Source of the DNA: a bacterium
GTDB taxonomy: Bacteria; Armatimonadota; UBA5829
Length of the DNA: 64,000 nt
Direction: 5' to 3'
Assembly (NCBI GenBank): GCA_021371935.1
Contig: JAJFVF010000012.1
Location: 177,909-241,908, forward strand
Shown: positions 52,375 to 61,406 of the stretch, in pieces
Layout: every line of letters starts with the position of its first letter
Position numbering within the stretch: position 1 is the first letter of the stretch
Program-made: the position numbers and the translations under genes
The notes under the pieces: model-generated
Told to the model about the DNA's origin: nothing
Database searches by the model: none
Seen by the model: the letters and a program-made list of their open reading frames with translations, nothing else

Positions 52375-52830
52375 ATGATAGAAGGAGTAATAGTAAAGCA
52401 ACTTAAGCGCCATGCAGATGAGCGCGGCTATCTTATGGAAATGCTGCGTGAAGACTGGCCGGAGTTCGGCAGGTTCGCACAGACATACATCAGCATGAAC
52501 TATCCCGGCATTATCCGCGCATGGCACTATCACAAAAAACAGGATGACTATTGGGTTGTGCCTAAGGGCATGGTCAAAGCAGTTGTCTATGACGCTCGCA
52601 AAGATTCCCCCACGTACGGCGAGATCAATGAGTTCTTCATGGGCGACAATAACCCTATCCTGCTCAAGATACCCGTGGGCACGATGCACGGGTATAAGAC
52701 TGTCGGGGTGGAACCGTCACTGCTAATCAACTTCCCGACCAATCTCTACAATCCCAAGGAGCCCGACGAGTATCGCGAGTCGTATGACAGCCCCAACATC
52801 CCTTACAACTGGGATATCAAGATTACGTAG
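52375..52830 (+). CDS. rfbC: dTDP-4-dehydrorhamnose 3,5-epimerase family protein
   Basis: DERGYLME, IRAWHYHKKQ, DARKDSPTYG and MHGY. Confidence 0.85.
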   Translation: MIEGVIVKQLKRHADERGYLMEMLREDWPEFGRFAQTYISMNYPGIIRAWHYHKKQDDYWVVPKGMVKAVVYDARKDSPTYGEINEFFMGDNNPILLKIPVGTMHGYKTVGVEPSLLINFPTNLYNPKEPDEYRESYDSPNIPYNWDIKIT

Positions 52831-52845
52831 GTTCTGAAAGGGATA

Positions 52846-54117
52846 TTGTTGGACCACATCGACGAACTCATACAGAAACTCGGTGACCCAGATAATGACG
52901 TCCAGCTAAAAGCTGAATGCGCGCTTATACGCTCAGACAAAGCAGCTGTGGGGCGATTAATTGAGGCGACCAAGTATGCAAACCCGCAGATACGCTGGAG
53001 AGCTGCTTTCTCACTGGGTGAAATAGGTGACCAACGCGGATATCCTGCTGTGCTTGCGCTGCTTGATGATAAAGATATGCAAGTGCGAGCTGATGCTGTA
53101 GATGCGGCAGGCAAACTAGGCGGCGTAAATGCAATAGAGCCATTGTCAAAAGTTATAATGGACGCATCGAATGATTCTCATGTCGCAACGCATGCTGCTT
53201 GGGAGCTTATGTGGATGGGTGATGTGGCATTGCCTGCACTCTTGGATGTATGGCGATATGGAACACTTGAAGCACGCAAGGTTGTCGTTCAACCTTTAGG
53301 GGAGATAGGAAACCCGGCAGCAATTGAACCACTAGCGGAATACCTCAATGATGAGTCTCTTCGTTTCGATGTTGCTTCAGCACTTGGCAAACTGGGTGAT
53401 ATCCGTGCACTTGATGTCCTGATTGATTATTTGTGCGATCACCGGGAGGACTATTCAGAGGGAAGTGCTGAATGGGGGTTGATTGGCTTGGGCACGTTAG
53501 CAGTGGAACGCCTGGTTGAAGTGACGGTCAATGGTTCACCGGAAGCAAAAAAGGAAGCTATACATGCCTTGGGTGAGATCGGCGACGCCTCCGCAATTGA
53601 CAGACTGACCGTGTTACTTGATGTGCCTGAGCTTGACTGTGCTGCTTTGATTGCACTAGGCAAATGTGGCGATAAGTGCGTATTGCCCAGGCTTCTAGAG
53701 ATGGCGCGTGAAGCAGATGAAGATTGGGATGTAGAAGTTGCCAGTGCAATAGGCAAATTTGGAGATGAGGCCGTTGAGGAGCTATCGCGGGTTGCAAACC
53801 TCGGTGTTAAGTACTCAAGAGAGATGGCCGCATGTGCCCTCAGCAATATCGCATCTGAGAAATCAATAAGCGTTCTGGAGCACATGCTGACTGATCCAGA
53901 TGATGATGTGCGCTATTGGGTTCTGGATTCAATTTGGGAAATAGGCTCGGGCAATCTGCCAATTTTCGGCCAGAGGTCTCTGGACCTGATAGAAACGCTT
54001 CTTGATGATGCTGACAATACAGTTCGCTGCCGCGCTGCATCCTGGAGCTGCAGCCTGCGCCAAGACCTTGCCCAGCCATTTAATCCAATAGCATGGTTTT
54101 TGGTGGGCAACTATTGA
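52846..54117 (+). CDS. HEAT/PBS-lyase repeat protein
   Basis: Repeated A..ALG.IGD..A...L units. Confidence 0.88.
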   Translation: MLDHIDELIQKLGDPDNDVQLKAECALIRSDKAAVGRLIEATKYANPQIRWRAAFSLGEIGDQRGYPAVLALLDDKDMQVRADAVDAAGKLGGVNAIEPLSKVIMDASNDSHVATHAAWELMWMGDVALPALLDVWRYGTLEARKVVVQPLGEIGNPAAIEPLAEYLNDESLRFDVASALGKLGDIRALDVLIDYLCDHREDYSEGSAEWGLIGLGTLAVERLVEVTVNGSPEAKKEAIHALGEIGDASAIDRLTVLLDVPELDCAALIALGKCGDKCVLPRLLEMAREADEDWDVEVASAIGKFGDEAVEELSRVANLGVKYSREMAACALSNIASEKSISVLEHMLTDPDDDVRYWVLDSIWEIGSGNLPIFGQRSLDLIETLLDDADNTVRCRAASWSCSLRQDLAQPFNPIAWFLVGNY

Positions 54118-54256
54118 TCAGACGTACAAATGGCAGAAAGCGAACAGCAAAGCAATCCTGAACTAGAAAATAGTATTCAGGCAGCCAGAACCATCAATCA
54201 CATTCAACGCATGATAGCCATCAACTTTCAGCCGCACTTGTTTTTTTACAGTGTGG

Positions 54257-54336
54257 CTAACCCTGATTATGCGCTTTACGCATAATACGGGTCTCCGAGA
54301 GCATTATTCACGTTTCTCGTGAATAATGCAGGCTAA
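54257..54336. repeat. 80-bp double-hairpin dispersed repeat, copy 2 (inverted relative to copy 1)
   Basis: Collinear with the reverse complement of 16524-16603; both stems are largely retained. Confidence 0.85.
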
Positions 54337-54373
54337 AACTTTTCATCGTTCAAGCCGATGAATATATTAGAAG

Positions 54374-56035
54374 ATGGATAAGAGAAGACGTATTGAATAT
54401 CTCATAGCTATGCTCCGGTGGCCTGTAATATTGCTCGGGCTTGCCGCTGTCAGCAATGCTTCGCTTCCACGGCAGGCCTTACTGCTGGGGTTTGTAGCTG
54501 CGTACAATTCCGCATTGATGTTCTGCGTCAAGGACCCTGAGCGTTTTGCAAAGTGCGGGAGAAAGCTGGCTATTGCATCCTTTGCACTGGATACCACTGT
54601 CATCACAATCACAGTTGCCGGTCCAAGTGATGGTATGGCATATTTACTGTATTGGTTTGTTCTTGTATGCACAGGATATGCCAGCAATCGCTTGGACAAG
54701 CTGATATTCGCAACCGGAATTGTAATGGCAGCTAATGTGATCGGCACGCTATTTGCAATCAACACTGCCGCAAGTATGGCATCCATTTTAACAACTGTGG
54801 CTGTGCGCTGTGGTGTATTGTTAATCGGAGCGCTGGTTGCAGCATTTATTTTCAAAACCAGGTCGCAGGACGATCTGGCATCTGAGAGAGGGTCATACCT
54901 GCATGCGATTATGGATTGTGGCGCTCGTTTGACCAGGTTTCGGAGTGTTAATGACCTTGCGCTCTACGTTCTTGAATCTGCCGTCACCGAGACAGATGCC
55001 GGAGGCGGCGAACTGCTTCTGCTAAACGAAGAGACCGGCCATCTGGAAACGGAAGCATTTTATTCTCCTGAAAAGAACCATGCCGCTCCACCAGAAGCAC
55101 TGCTTCGCTCGTATGCCAACTGGGTTACCAACAGTGGTCGAGAATTTCTGGTCAAAAGCGGCGGGCGAACTTCAGAAGAGTCGGAAGTGGAAAGAGACGA
55201 CCGCCCAGCCATTGCCGCACCCCTGCTTTGGCAATCATCAGGTTCGGATGAGGACAACAAGGTTCTGGGAGTACTTATGGTTTGGGGTCAGCCGGGTGAG
55301 GACTTCGGCGATGATGCGGTTGACATGTTGAGAATATTTTCTGTAATAGCGAGCGCTGCCATTGTAAATTTGCGATTGTACACCAATCTTCAGAAACAGT
55401 TCCTACGCACCCTCCAGAGTCTTGCAAACGGTTTGGAAGCCAGAGATGAATATACGCAAGGTCACTCTGAACGCGTGATGCAGGTTTCTTGCCTCATTGC
55501 TCAGGAGCTGCAGGTTCCGGCGGAGGCAATAGATTCTCTTAGAAATGCATCACTGCTGCACGATATAGGCAAGATCGGCGTGCCCGATGCGATTCTGCGC
55601 AAGGCCGGCAAGCTCACGGCTGAAGAATGGGAGACTATGCGTCGCCATCCAATCGTAAGCGAAGAAATCTGCCGCCCGCTGGGTCTATCACAGGATGTGC
55701 TATTTTTGATCAAACACCACCATGAGCGCCTCGACGGCAAAGGTTACCCTGGTGGGATCAATGCCCAGGACCAGCCTCTGCTGCAGAGGATTCTGGTTGT
55801 CTCCGACTCATTTGACGCAATGCGCTCGCGCAGACCCTACAGGGAGAGAATGCCTCAAGAAGAGCTTATGGGCGAACTCAACCGCAGCGCAGGCAGAACG
55901 CTCGACCCGACCGTAGTTGATGCGCTGCGGCACCTGATAGAGCGAGGAGACCTAGACTCTGTATATGAAGAGCACGACAGAATGATTGATGGAACGATGG
56001 CGCTGATGAAGGTAAAAAAGCAAAAAGCGGCTTGA
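54374..56035 (+). CDS. Membrane GAF + HD-GYP cyclic dinucleotide phosphodiesterase
   Basis: About 6 TM helices, a GAF domain, YTQGHSERV, LHDIGKIG and HHHERLDGKGYPGG. Confidence 0.92.
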   Translation: MDKRRRIEYLIAMLRWPVILLGLAAVSNASLPRQALLLGFVAAYNSALMFCVKDPERFAKCGRKLAIASFALDTTVITITVAGPSDGMAYLLYWFVLVCTGYASNRLDKLIFATGIVMAANVIGTLFAINTAASMASILTTVAVRCGVLLIGALVAAFIFKTRSQDDLASERGSYLHAIMDCGARLTRFRSVNDLALYVLESAVTETDAGGGELLLLNEETGHLETEAFYSPEKNHAAPPEALLRSYANWVTNSGREFLVKSGGRTSEESEVERDDRPAIAAPLLWQSSGSDEDNKVLGVLMVWGQPGEDFGDDAVDMLRIFSVIASAAIVNLRLYTNLQKQFLRTLQSLANGLEARDEYTQGHSERVMQVSCLIAQELQVPAEAIDSLRNASLLHDIGKIGVPDAILRKAGKLTAEEWETMRRHPIVSEEICRPLGLSQDVLFLIKHHHERLDGKGYPGGINAQDQPLLQRILVVSDSFDAMRSRRPYRERMPQEELMGELNRSAGRTLDPTVVDALRHLIERGDLDSVYEEHDRMIDGTMALMKVKKQKAA

Positions 56036-56174
56036 ACAGAATGCAAAGAAATAGCAGCCTTCTCTCAAAGGCTGCCTACAAAGAAGAAAGGAGAGGAGAA
56101 CACTTACACTTATTTAGACGCAGTAAAGTGGCATAATGTTTTCATAAATCGAAAAAAAAGTTTATGCCCAATGC

Positions 56175-56483
56175 CTATTTTTTCCTCTCCTTTGAACTGA
56201 CCAGCCTGGAAAATAATCCCAATGCCAGAAATGTGGGTGCCCAGTGCCCGACAAAAATTGCATCCTCTTTTCTCCTGGCAGTAAATAGCCCCAAAGAAAG
56301 CAATATCGATCCGATGCTAAGTCCAAAGAAAATCCTCGGCGAGACTCTCTCCGGCACAGACATAGCGGAATCAACCACTCTTCGCTGATCCATAATCTTC
56401 TCCGCTGCCTTGTGTGCCTTCAGCTTCGCTCTGTGTGCAGTGTCACTGACTCTTTCCTTTACGGAAGCTGCAGCGTTTGCCAT
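56175..56483 (-). CDS. Small hypothetical protein with two C-terminal TM helices
   Basis: ATG after GGAGG; C-terminus SIGSILLSL...AIFVGHWAPTFLALG. Confidence 0.65.
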   Translation of the reverse strand: MANAAASVKERVSDTAHRAKLKAHKAAEKIMDQRRVVDSAMSVPERVSPRIFFGLSIGSILLSLGLFTARRKEDAIFVGHWAPTFLALGLFSRLVSSKERKK

Positions 56484-56585
56484 ATTGCGACCTCCAAATA
56501 CGTCTCCATGATGTTTGTCTTTACCCGCTTCAAAGTACACAAAAACGAGAGTTTTGCGAGTGTGACAACCGGGCATTATGTGATT

Positions 56586-58112
56586 ATGACATTATACAGA
56601 CTGATTCTGACCATAAGCGCAGCACTAGCCCTTGCGCAGGCATCCTGGGCGATAATATTTGTCGACTCACGCGCAACAACGGGAACACAGGACGGTTCAT
56701 CGTGGCAGAATGCATTTACGAGCATAACTGCTGCTCTGAGCTCCCTTGAATCCGGCGGAACACTCTGGGTGCGCGAGGGAGTCTATCGTGAAAGAATCGC
56801 TCTCAAAACATATCAGAATATATATGGCGGATTCCTTGGGTTCGAGACGTCGGCGGATCAAAGGATCGCGGGAGCATTCCCTACAATTATCGATGCCGAG
56901 AGTAAAGGGCGGGCAGTAGACATTAAAACCGGCGCATGGGTCACAATAGACGGCCTTACAATCCGTAATGGTCTGGCGGATTACGGCGGCGGAATTCGAT
57001 GCAACATAAATGCAAATGTAAAGATCAGGAACTGCCACATCGAGGACTGCAGCGCGACTGCTCTGGGCGGAGGGGTATATCACGATAAGTATTCCTATGG
57101 TGAGATGACCGATTGTATAGTGACGCGATGCAATGCATCCAGCGGCGGAGGGCTTGTGGTGGAGTATCACTCATACCCTGTTCATAAGCGCTGCGTGATA
57201 ACACGAAATAGTGCTGTGATCAGCGGCGGCGGCCTATATTGCCCATTTCACTCTGAGGCACGAATGGAAAACTGCACGTTTGCGTTCAACAATGCCGGTA
57301 TGAACGGCGGCGCGGCCTATACATATCGAGGCGGACCGGTCGCATTCGATCACGATATAATCGCATTCAACTCCGCCTCGGATACCGGTGGCGTCTACGG
57401 AGATGGCGGTAGTTCTACAACCACATTCACCTGCTGCGACTTTTATGCAAATGATAATGGAGATTGTGGGGGAGCGATAGGCTCGATATCAACCTACTCC
57501 GGCAATATGTTTGTTGATCCACTTTTGCTGATGCCTGAACACGATGAGTGCTGCCTTTCACTCGGCTCGCCATGCGATGGAATAGGCGCATATCCGATTG
57601 AAACGGCATACCCGATCAGCAAAATTGGACATGTCAAAATTCTTCCAACCGGCACGGCAGTGAAGCTATCGGGCAAGGTGATAAGCTGCACGAACGGCAC
57701 TAATATATGGATCGAAGAGATCGACCGTTCAGCGACCATCGGCGTGCAGGGAGTCTCAGACTGCAGTCCGGGTGATGTGATTTCAAGCCTGATCGGCACT
57801 ATATCAGTCGATGACAATGAAAAACGCTATATATCGGTATCATCATGGGAGAAATTGGAGGGTGCAGGTTATGACCTGGTGCCGTACGGAACCCGTATCT
57901 CATGGCTTGACAGTGCTGTTGGCACATATATGAAGACCTGGGGGCGCATGATCAAAACGGATAACGATGGGTTTCAACTGAGCGACGGAGAAAACAGTAT
58001 TGATGTGCTGTGGTCGGGGATGGAGATTCGGCCGCACAGCTATGTCGTAGTGACGGGTGGATACATTGGCTATGGGCAATTTCAGGCATACAATGTCCAA
58101 ATCGTCCGATAA
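56586..58112 (+). CDS. Exported right-handed beta-helix protein with C-terminal tandem OB-like module
   Basis: Signal peptide, DGSSWQNAF, GGG/NxA beta-helix repeats, Cys-rich. Confidence 0.8.
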   Translation: MTLYRLILTISAALALAQASWAIIFVDSRATTGTQDGSSWQNAFTSITAALSSLESGGTLWVREGVYRERIALKTYQNIYGGFLGFETSADQRIAGAFPTIIDAESKGRAVDIKTGAWVTIDGLTIRNGLADYGGGIRCNINANVKIRNCHIEDCSATALGGGVYHDKYSYGEMTDCIVTRCNASSGGGLVVEYHSYPVHKRCVITRNSAVISGGGLYCPFHSEARMENCTFAFNNAGMNGGAAYTYRGGPVAFDHDIIAFNSASDTGGVYGDGGSSTTTFTCCDFYANDNGDCGGAIGSISTYSGNMFVDPLLLMPEHDECCLSLGSPCDGIGAYPIETAYPISKIGHVKILPTGTAVKLSGKVISCTNGTNIWIEEIDRSATIGVQGVSDCSPGDVISSLIGTISVDDNEKRYISVSSWEKLEGAGYDLVPYGTRISWLDSAVGTYMKTWGRMIKTDNDGFQLSDGENSIDVLWSGMEIRPHSYVVVTGGYIGYGQFQAYNVQIVR

Positions 58113-58767
58113 GACAGCGTTGTTCCTAAGCTGGATATTCAGCATTTCCTTTTGCATTGGCGTCCTGTTGATTTGCACGGATCCATTATTTGCATGGCCG
58201 ACCTCACTCAACCTCATCCCGATTGCCGATACCATCCCCTCCGGTGGAGCCAATCTCGGCTTCGCGACAACAGTCACATATCCATCATCAGGCAGCGATA
58301 CAGAAAACCTTGTTGAGACTGAATTTGGAATAGGCGGGCAGTTTGAGTTTGGATTCGACCCGGTAGTGGGTGCCGGCGCATCAGTTCTCGTAAACGGCAA
58401 ATACCGCTTTCACGATGAATCGCGCTTCACGCCTGCCATTGCAATCGGCATGCAAAACGTCGCAACCGATACCTCCAGCATGCCGTTTATAACTGCCCGC
58501 AAGACGCTTAGTTTCGCACGGGTCCACTTCGGTACTATCGTGACAGGCGGCACGTTTCGCCTGATGCTGGGTATTGACAAGCACTTTGGTCGTCAATTTA
58601 CAATCCAAAGCGACTATATGTCAGGCTCAGGAAACTGGGCAACTCTTGGCTTTGTGGCGGGTGCACCGACCGGCTGGAGCTTGAATGCCGCATGGCTCAT
58701 CGGCAACTCAGACTCCAGCGGCAGCGGATACACTATCGATCTTGAATGGGGCGGTGGGCTGTGGTAA
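58093..58767 (+). CDS. Putative outer-membrane beta-barrel protein (YjbH-like)
   Basis: Signal peptide, PTSLNLIPIAD, alternating amphipathic strands and an aromatic C-terminus. Confidence 0.6.
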   Translation: MSKSSDKTALFLSWIFSISFCIGVLLICTDPLFAWPTSLNLIPIADTIPSGGANLGFATTVTYPSSGSDTENLVETEFGIGGQFEFGFDPVVGAGASVLVNGKYRFHDESRFTPAIAIGMQNVATDTSSMPFITARKTLSFARVHFGTIVTGGTFRLMLGIDKHFGRQFTIQSDYMSGSGNWATLGFVAGAPTGWSLNAAWLIGNSDSSGSGYTIDLEWGGGLW

Positions 58768-58792
58768 ACATTCCTAACCCGGATAATGCGCG

Positions 58793-59347
58793 CTAAGCCT
58801 TTCCAAGACCCAGCTTGCTTGCCGTAAGCAGGAGTTTTACATAGTCGATCCTGCCGGTGATTTTTGCGACCTCGACACGCTTTACCGATTTATCATCCAC
58901 CACGATTGTGCGTGTTCTGAAACCGTAAATATTCTGGATATCTTTCTGCGTGTAAAGAGCGACTGTTCCGACCTTGGGAGCGTTTTGCCAAAAGACCCTG
59001 GTCCATTCGCCGCCCGGAATGTTCTTTGTATAGAACCCGATGATATCTTTTTCGGTCACTTTCTGGTCCGCAATATCGAGCTGGACGAACTCGATCTGTT
59101 TGACGTCTTTTATTATGTCGGCAATGTCATTCATGTCGATCTTGTCCAGCGTCGAGCTGAGCTTACCTGAGAGCATAGGCAGCATAGCCTTGGCCATCGG
59201 CAGAATGTCCTCATTGCTCATATTGACTTCCATAGCTGTCTCCGACCCTGGATAGACCGGCAGGTCCATAGGCAATTTCTCGCCCTGGGCAAAGCAGGAT
59301 GTGCCCGTCAAAGCAGCTAATATGACTAGAGCGGTCTTGATTTTCAT
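58793..59347 (-). CDS. Exported hypothetical protein
   Basis: Signal peptide; RBS AAGAGG. Confidence 0.7.
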   Translation of the reverse strand: MKIKTALVILAALTGTSCFAQGEKLPMDLPVYPGSETAMEVNMSNEDILPMAKAMLPMLSGKLSSTLDKIDMNDIADIIKDVKQIEFVQLDIADQKVTEKDIIGFYTKNIPGGEWTRVFWQNAPKVGTVALYTQKDIQNIYGFRTRTIVVDDKSVKRVEVAKITGRIDYVKLLLTASKLGLGKA

Positions 59348-59433
59348 ATTTTTCCTCTTGAAAACAAAACTATGATATTACATGTAGTATATTATCAGGC
59401 GGTATTGCCTTTTCGCAAGAATCCGCATTACTT

Positions 59434-60441
59434 CTATTTCTGCTGAAACCTTCTGGTCTCGATCACGACCCTAGTCCTTCGGTCGGCAGTCTTGGGCAGA
59501 ACCTGAACCACGTCGTCGATGGCATCGCTTGGACCACTTATCTGGACACCATCATCACAGACATAAGTTGTCTTGCGAGCCGTGCGTTCAGCCCAGGCCC
59601 GGTCGGGCGTAAACGTGGTTTCGGTGAGACCCTTATCCAGGAGTCTGCCGATATACTCTTCGCGCTGCCTGTCATCTTTGATTGCTTCGGCTGCAATGGC
59701 CTCCACGTCCATTTCCTCGGTTTGAGCAAGAGTCCGCACTGCGTTGCGAAGCTGTGCCGCTTCTTGCTCCTCAAGCGCCTCTTCATTCTGGGCAATCCAT
59801 TTTTCGGTTTCTTTTACCACAAGCTGGGTCATTTCACGCGGTGTCGCGACTTCAGATGCATCAAGAAACGCTTCCAGCCACATCTGAGCAGTCTCCGGAT
59901 CCTCATCTTTTGACGCCGGTTGGTTGCGCATTATGATATCGTAGCGGGTCTCATCATCGTATGGCCGAACAATAGCGTATCTAAGGAGCTGCCGACTCGG
60001 GTCCGGCAGAATCTGAAGCTGCTCGAAATCCCCTCCTCCACGTTTTACGAATGCCTTAACCGGGTCCATTTTAAGCAGCGCCAGATAGCGATCCTCAGTA
60101 TCGAGATCGGTAAAGAGTGCAACGGCAAGGAAAGCCTGCACCTGGGAGGACTTTTCCATTTGATGACCAAACCACATTCCAATCACTTTGCACTGTTCGA
60201 CGAACGTTTCTGGAGCCTCGACAATGTGAGCGGCGCATGCCGAGACGGTGGTCTCTGAGCTGTTGAATTTGGCCGTTTTTGCGCTCGATGATTTGACGCA
60301 GTTGCGTATATGCTCCTCAAAAAAGTGCCGCAAGCCCTCGGAGAGTGTTTCCTCCTTCTCGGCGATATCCGGCTCTTCGGAGAGATTGTTTATACCGTGA
60401 ATGACAAGGCGATTGAGTTCAATCGCTTCGATAGATTGCAT
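59434..60441 (-). CDS. Nucleoid-associated protein-like (NA37/YejK-like)
   Basis: Acidic 335-aa protein; VIHG, LALLKMD and WLEAFLDA resemble the family. RBS GGAGG. Confidence 0.55.
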   Translation of the reverse strand: MQSIEAIELNRLVIHGINNLSEEPDIAEKEETLSEGLRHFFEEHIRNCVKSSSAKTAKFNSSETTVSACAAHIVEAPETFVEQCKVIGMWFGHQMEKSSQVQAFLAVALFTDLDTEDRYLALLKMDPVKAFVKRGGGDFEQLQILPDPSRQLLRYAIVRPYDDETRYDIIMRNQPASKDEDPETAQMWLEAFLDASEVATPREMTQLVVKETEKWIAQNEEALEEQEAAQLRNAVRTLAQTEEMDVEAIAAEAIKDDRQREEYIGRLLDKGLTETTFTPDRAWAERTARKTTYVCDDGVQISGPSDAIDDVVQVLPKTADRRTRVVIETRRFQQK

Positions 60442-60534
60442 TAAATGTACCTCCAGTTATTGACCAATACCTCTTCCACGGGCATAGAGCATTTCCCTTG
60501 CAGGATTGAGCGAAGTTGTGAATAAGTAGGAGAT

Positions 60535-60729
60535 ATGGAAAATTGGCAGCCATCGACACTATCATGGTCATTTTCCCGCAAGACGCATTTCGACTCCTGC
60601 CGCCGCCATTATTTCTTCCACAGGTTCTGGGGATAGGACCCCAAGGCCAGATGGCGTCTGTTTGAGATGCGCAATCTCACCACTCTGACTATGCCTGGAG
60701 GGGAAAGCGTTGCCTTTTTCGCTGTGTAA
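60535..60729 (+). pseudogene. 5' fragment of a PD-(D/E)XK nuclease-like gene
   Basis: RBS AGGAGA plus ATG 60535 reads MENWQPSTLSWSFSRKTHFDSCRRHYFFHRFWG*DPKARWRLFEMRNLTTLTM; in-frame TAG at 60634, and similarity is lost near 60700. Confidence 0.6.
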
Positions 60730-61127
60730 CTCTTACTTTTCCCAAACCGCTCCCATCCTCATATCCTCGTGAAGTCATAACCCTTGGCGACCGCCTAAAG
60801 AAGAAGCGTCTTGACCTTAATCTTCATATAAAGGAGGTTGCATTAATGCTTGGTGTAGACTTACATACTATTTCACGATGGGAAAATAATGAGGCATGGC
60901 CATTACCACAATCTGTTACTAAAATATGTGAGTTTCTTGGTGATGTTCCTTCTGAAGAAATATCAAAGTTGAGTTTGGGAGAGCGAATATTCAAGTATCG
61001 CAAGGCTCGCAATTTAACCTTGCGGCAGTTAGCGAAACAGCTAGATGTAACCGCAACGACAGTCAGTTGTTGGGAGCGAAACAAAAACAAGCCCAGAAAG
61101 AATCAACGAAAAAGCTCAGGCAAATAA
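60723..61127 (+). CDS. Tandem XRE-family double HTH protein (start uncertain)
   Basis: The frame is open upstream of ATG 60846: PKPLPSSYPREVITLGDRLKKKRLDLNLHIKEVALMLGV...; second HTH LGERIFKYRKARNLTLRQLAKQLDV. Confidence 0.7.
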   Translation, partial: CVTLTFPKPLPSSYPREVITLGDRLKKKRLDLNLHIKEVALMLGVDLHTISRWENNEAWPLPQSVTKICEFLGDVPSEEISKLSLGERIFKYRKARNLTLRQLAKQLDVTATTVSCWERNKNKPRKNQRKSSGK

Positions 61128-61185
61128 TGGCCTAGTGTTTCTCGGGATGCATTGACAGAAAGCATCTGAGCAGGAAGCAGACAGT

Positions 61186-61217
61186 CAATAAGGTGGACCC
61201 CATTGTTCACCTTATTG
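61186..61217. terminator. Inverted repeat between convergent genes
   Basis: CAATAAGGTG-N12-CACCTTATTG. Confidence 0.45.
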
Positions 61218-61406
61218 TATAACCAAAGCCGTCAGACTAAGTCCTGCCTACTGCACTTTACTAGTCCAGGCTGGTGTCGACTTTGGGTTTCCTCGAAATC
61301 AAGTTCCTTTTCAGTGCTAAAAGCACGGACCGTTCTGCAGTTTTGGCGTCAACAACCGCCCGGATAGACTTTTTGCAGGCCAAACGTATTGGATCTCAAG
61401 CTTTGC

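Noticed and set aside
54130-54285. 51-aa ORF MAESEQQSNPEL...
   Set aside because: No RBS or motif, and its end is contributed by the 80-bp repeat.
60690-60715. tRNA or tmRNA 3' end at the putative junction
   Set aside because: TGGAGGGG is not followed by a T-arm complement (TCGAAC/TCGAAT), and no cloverleaf can be built.
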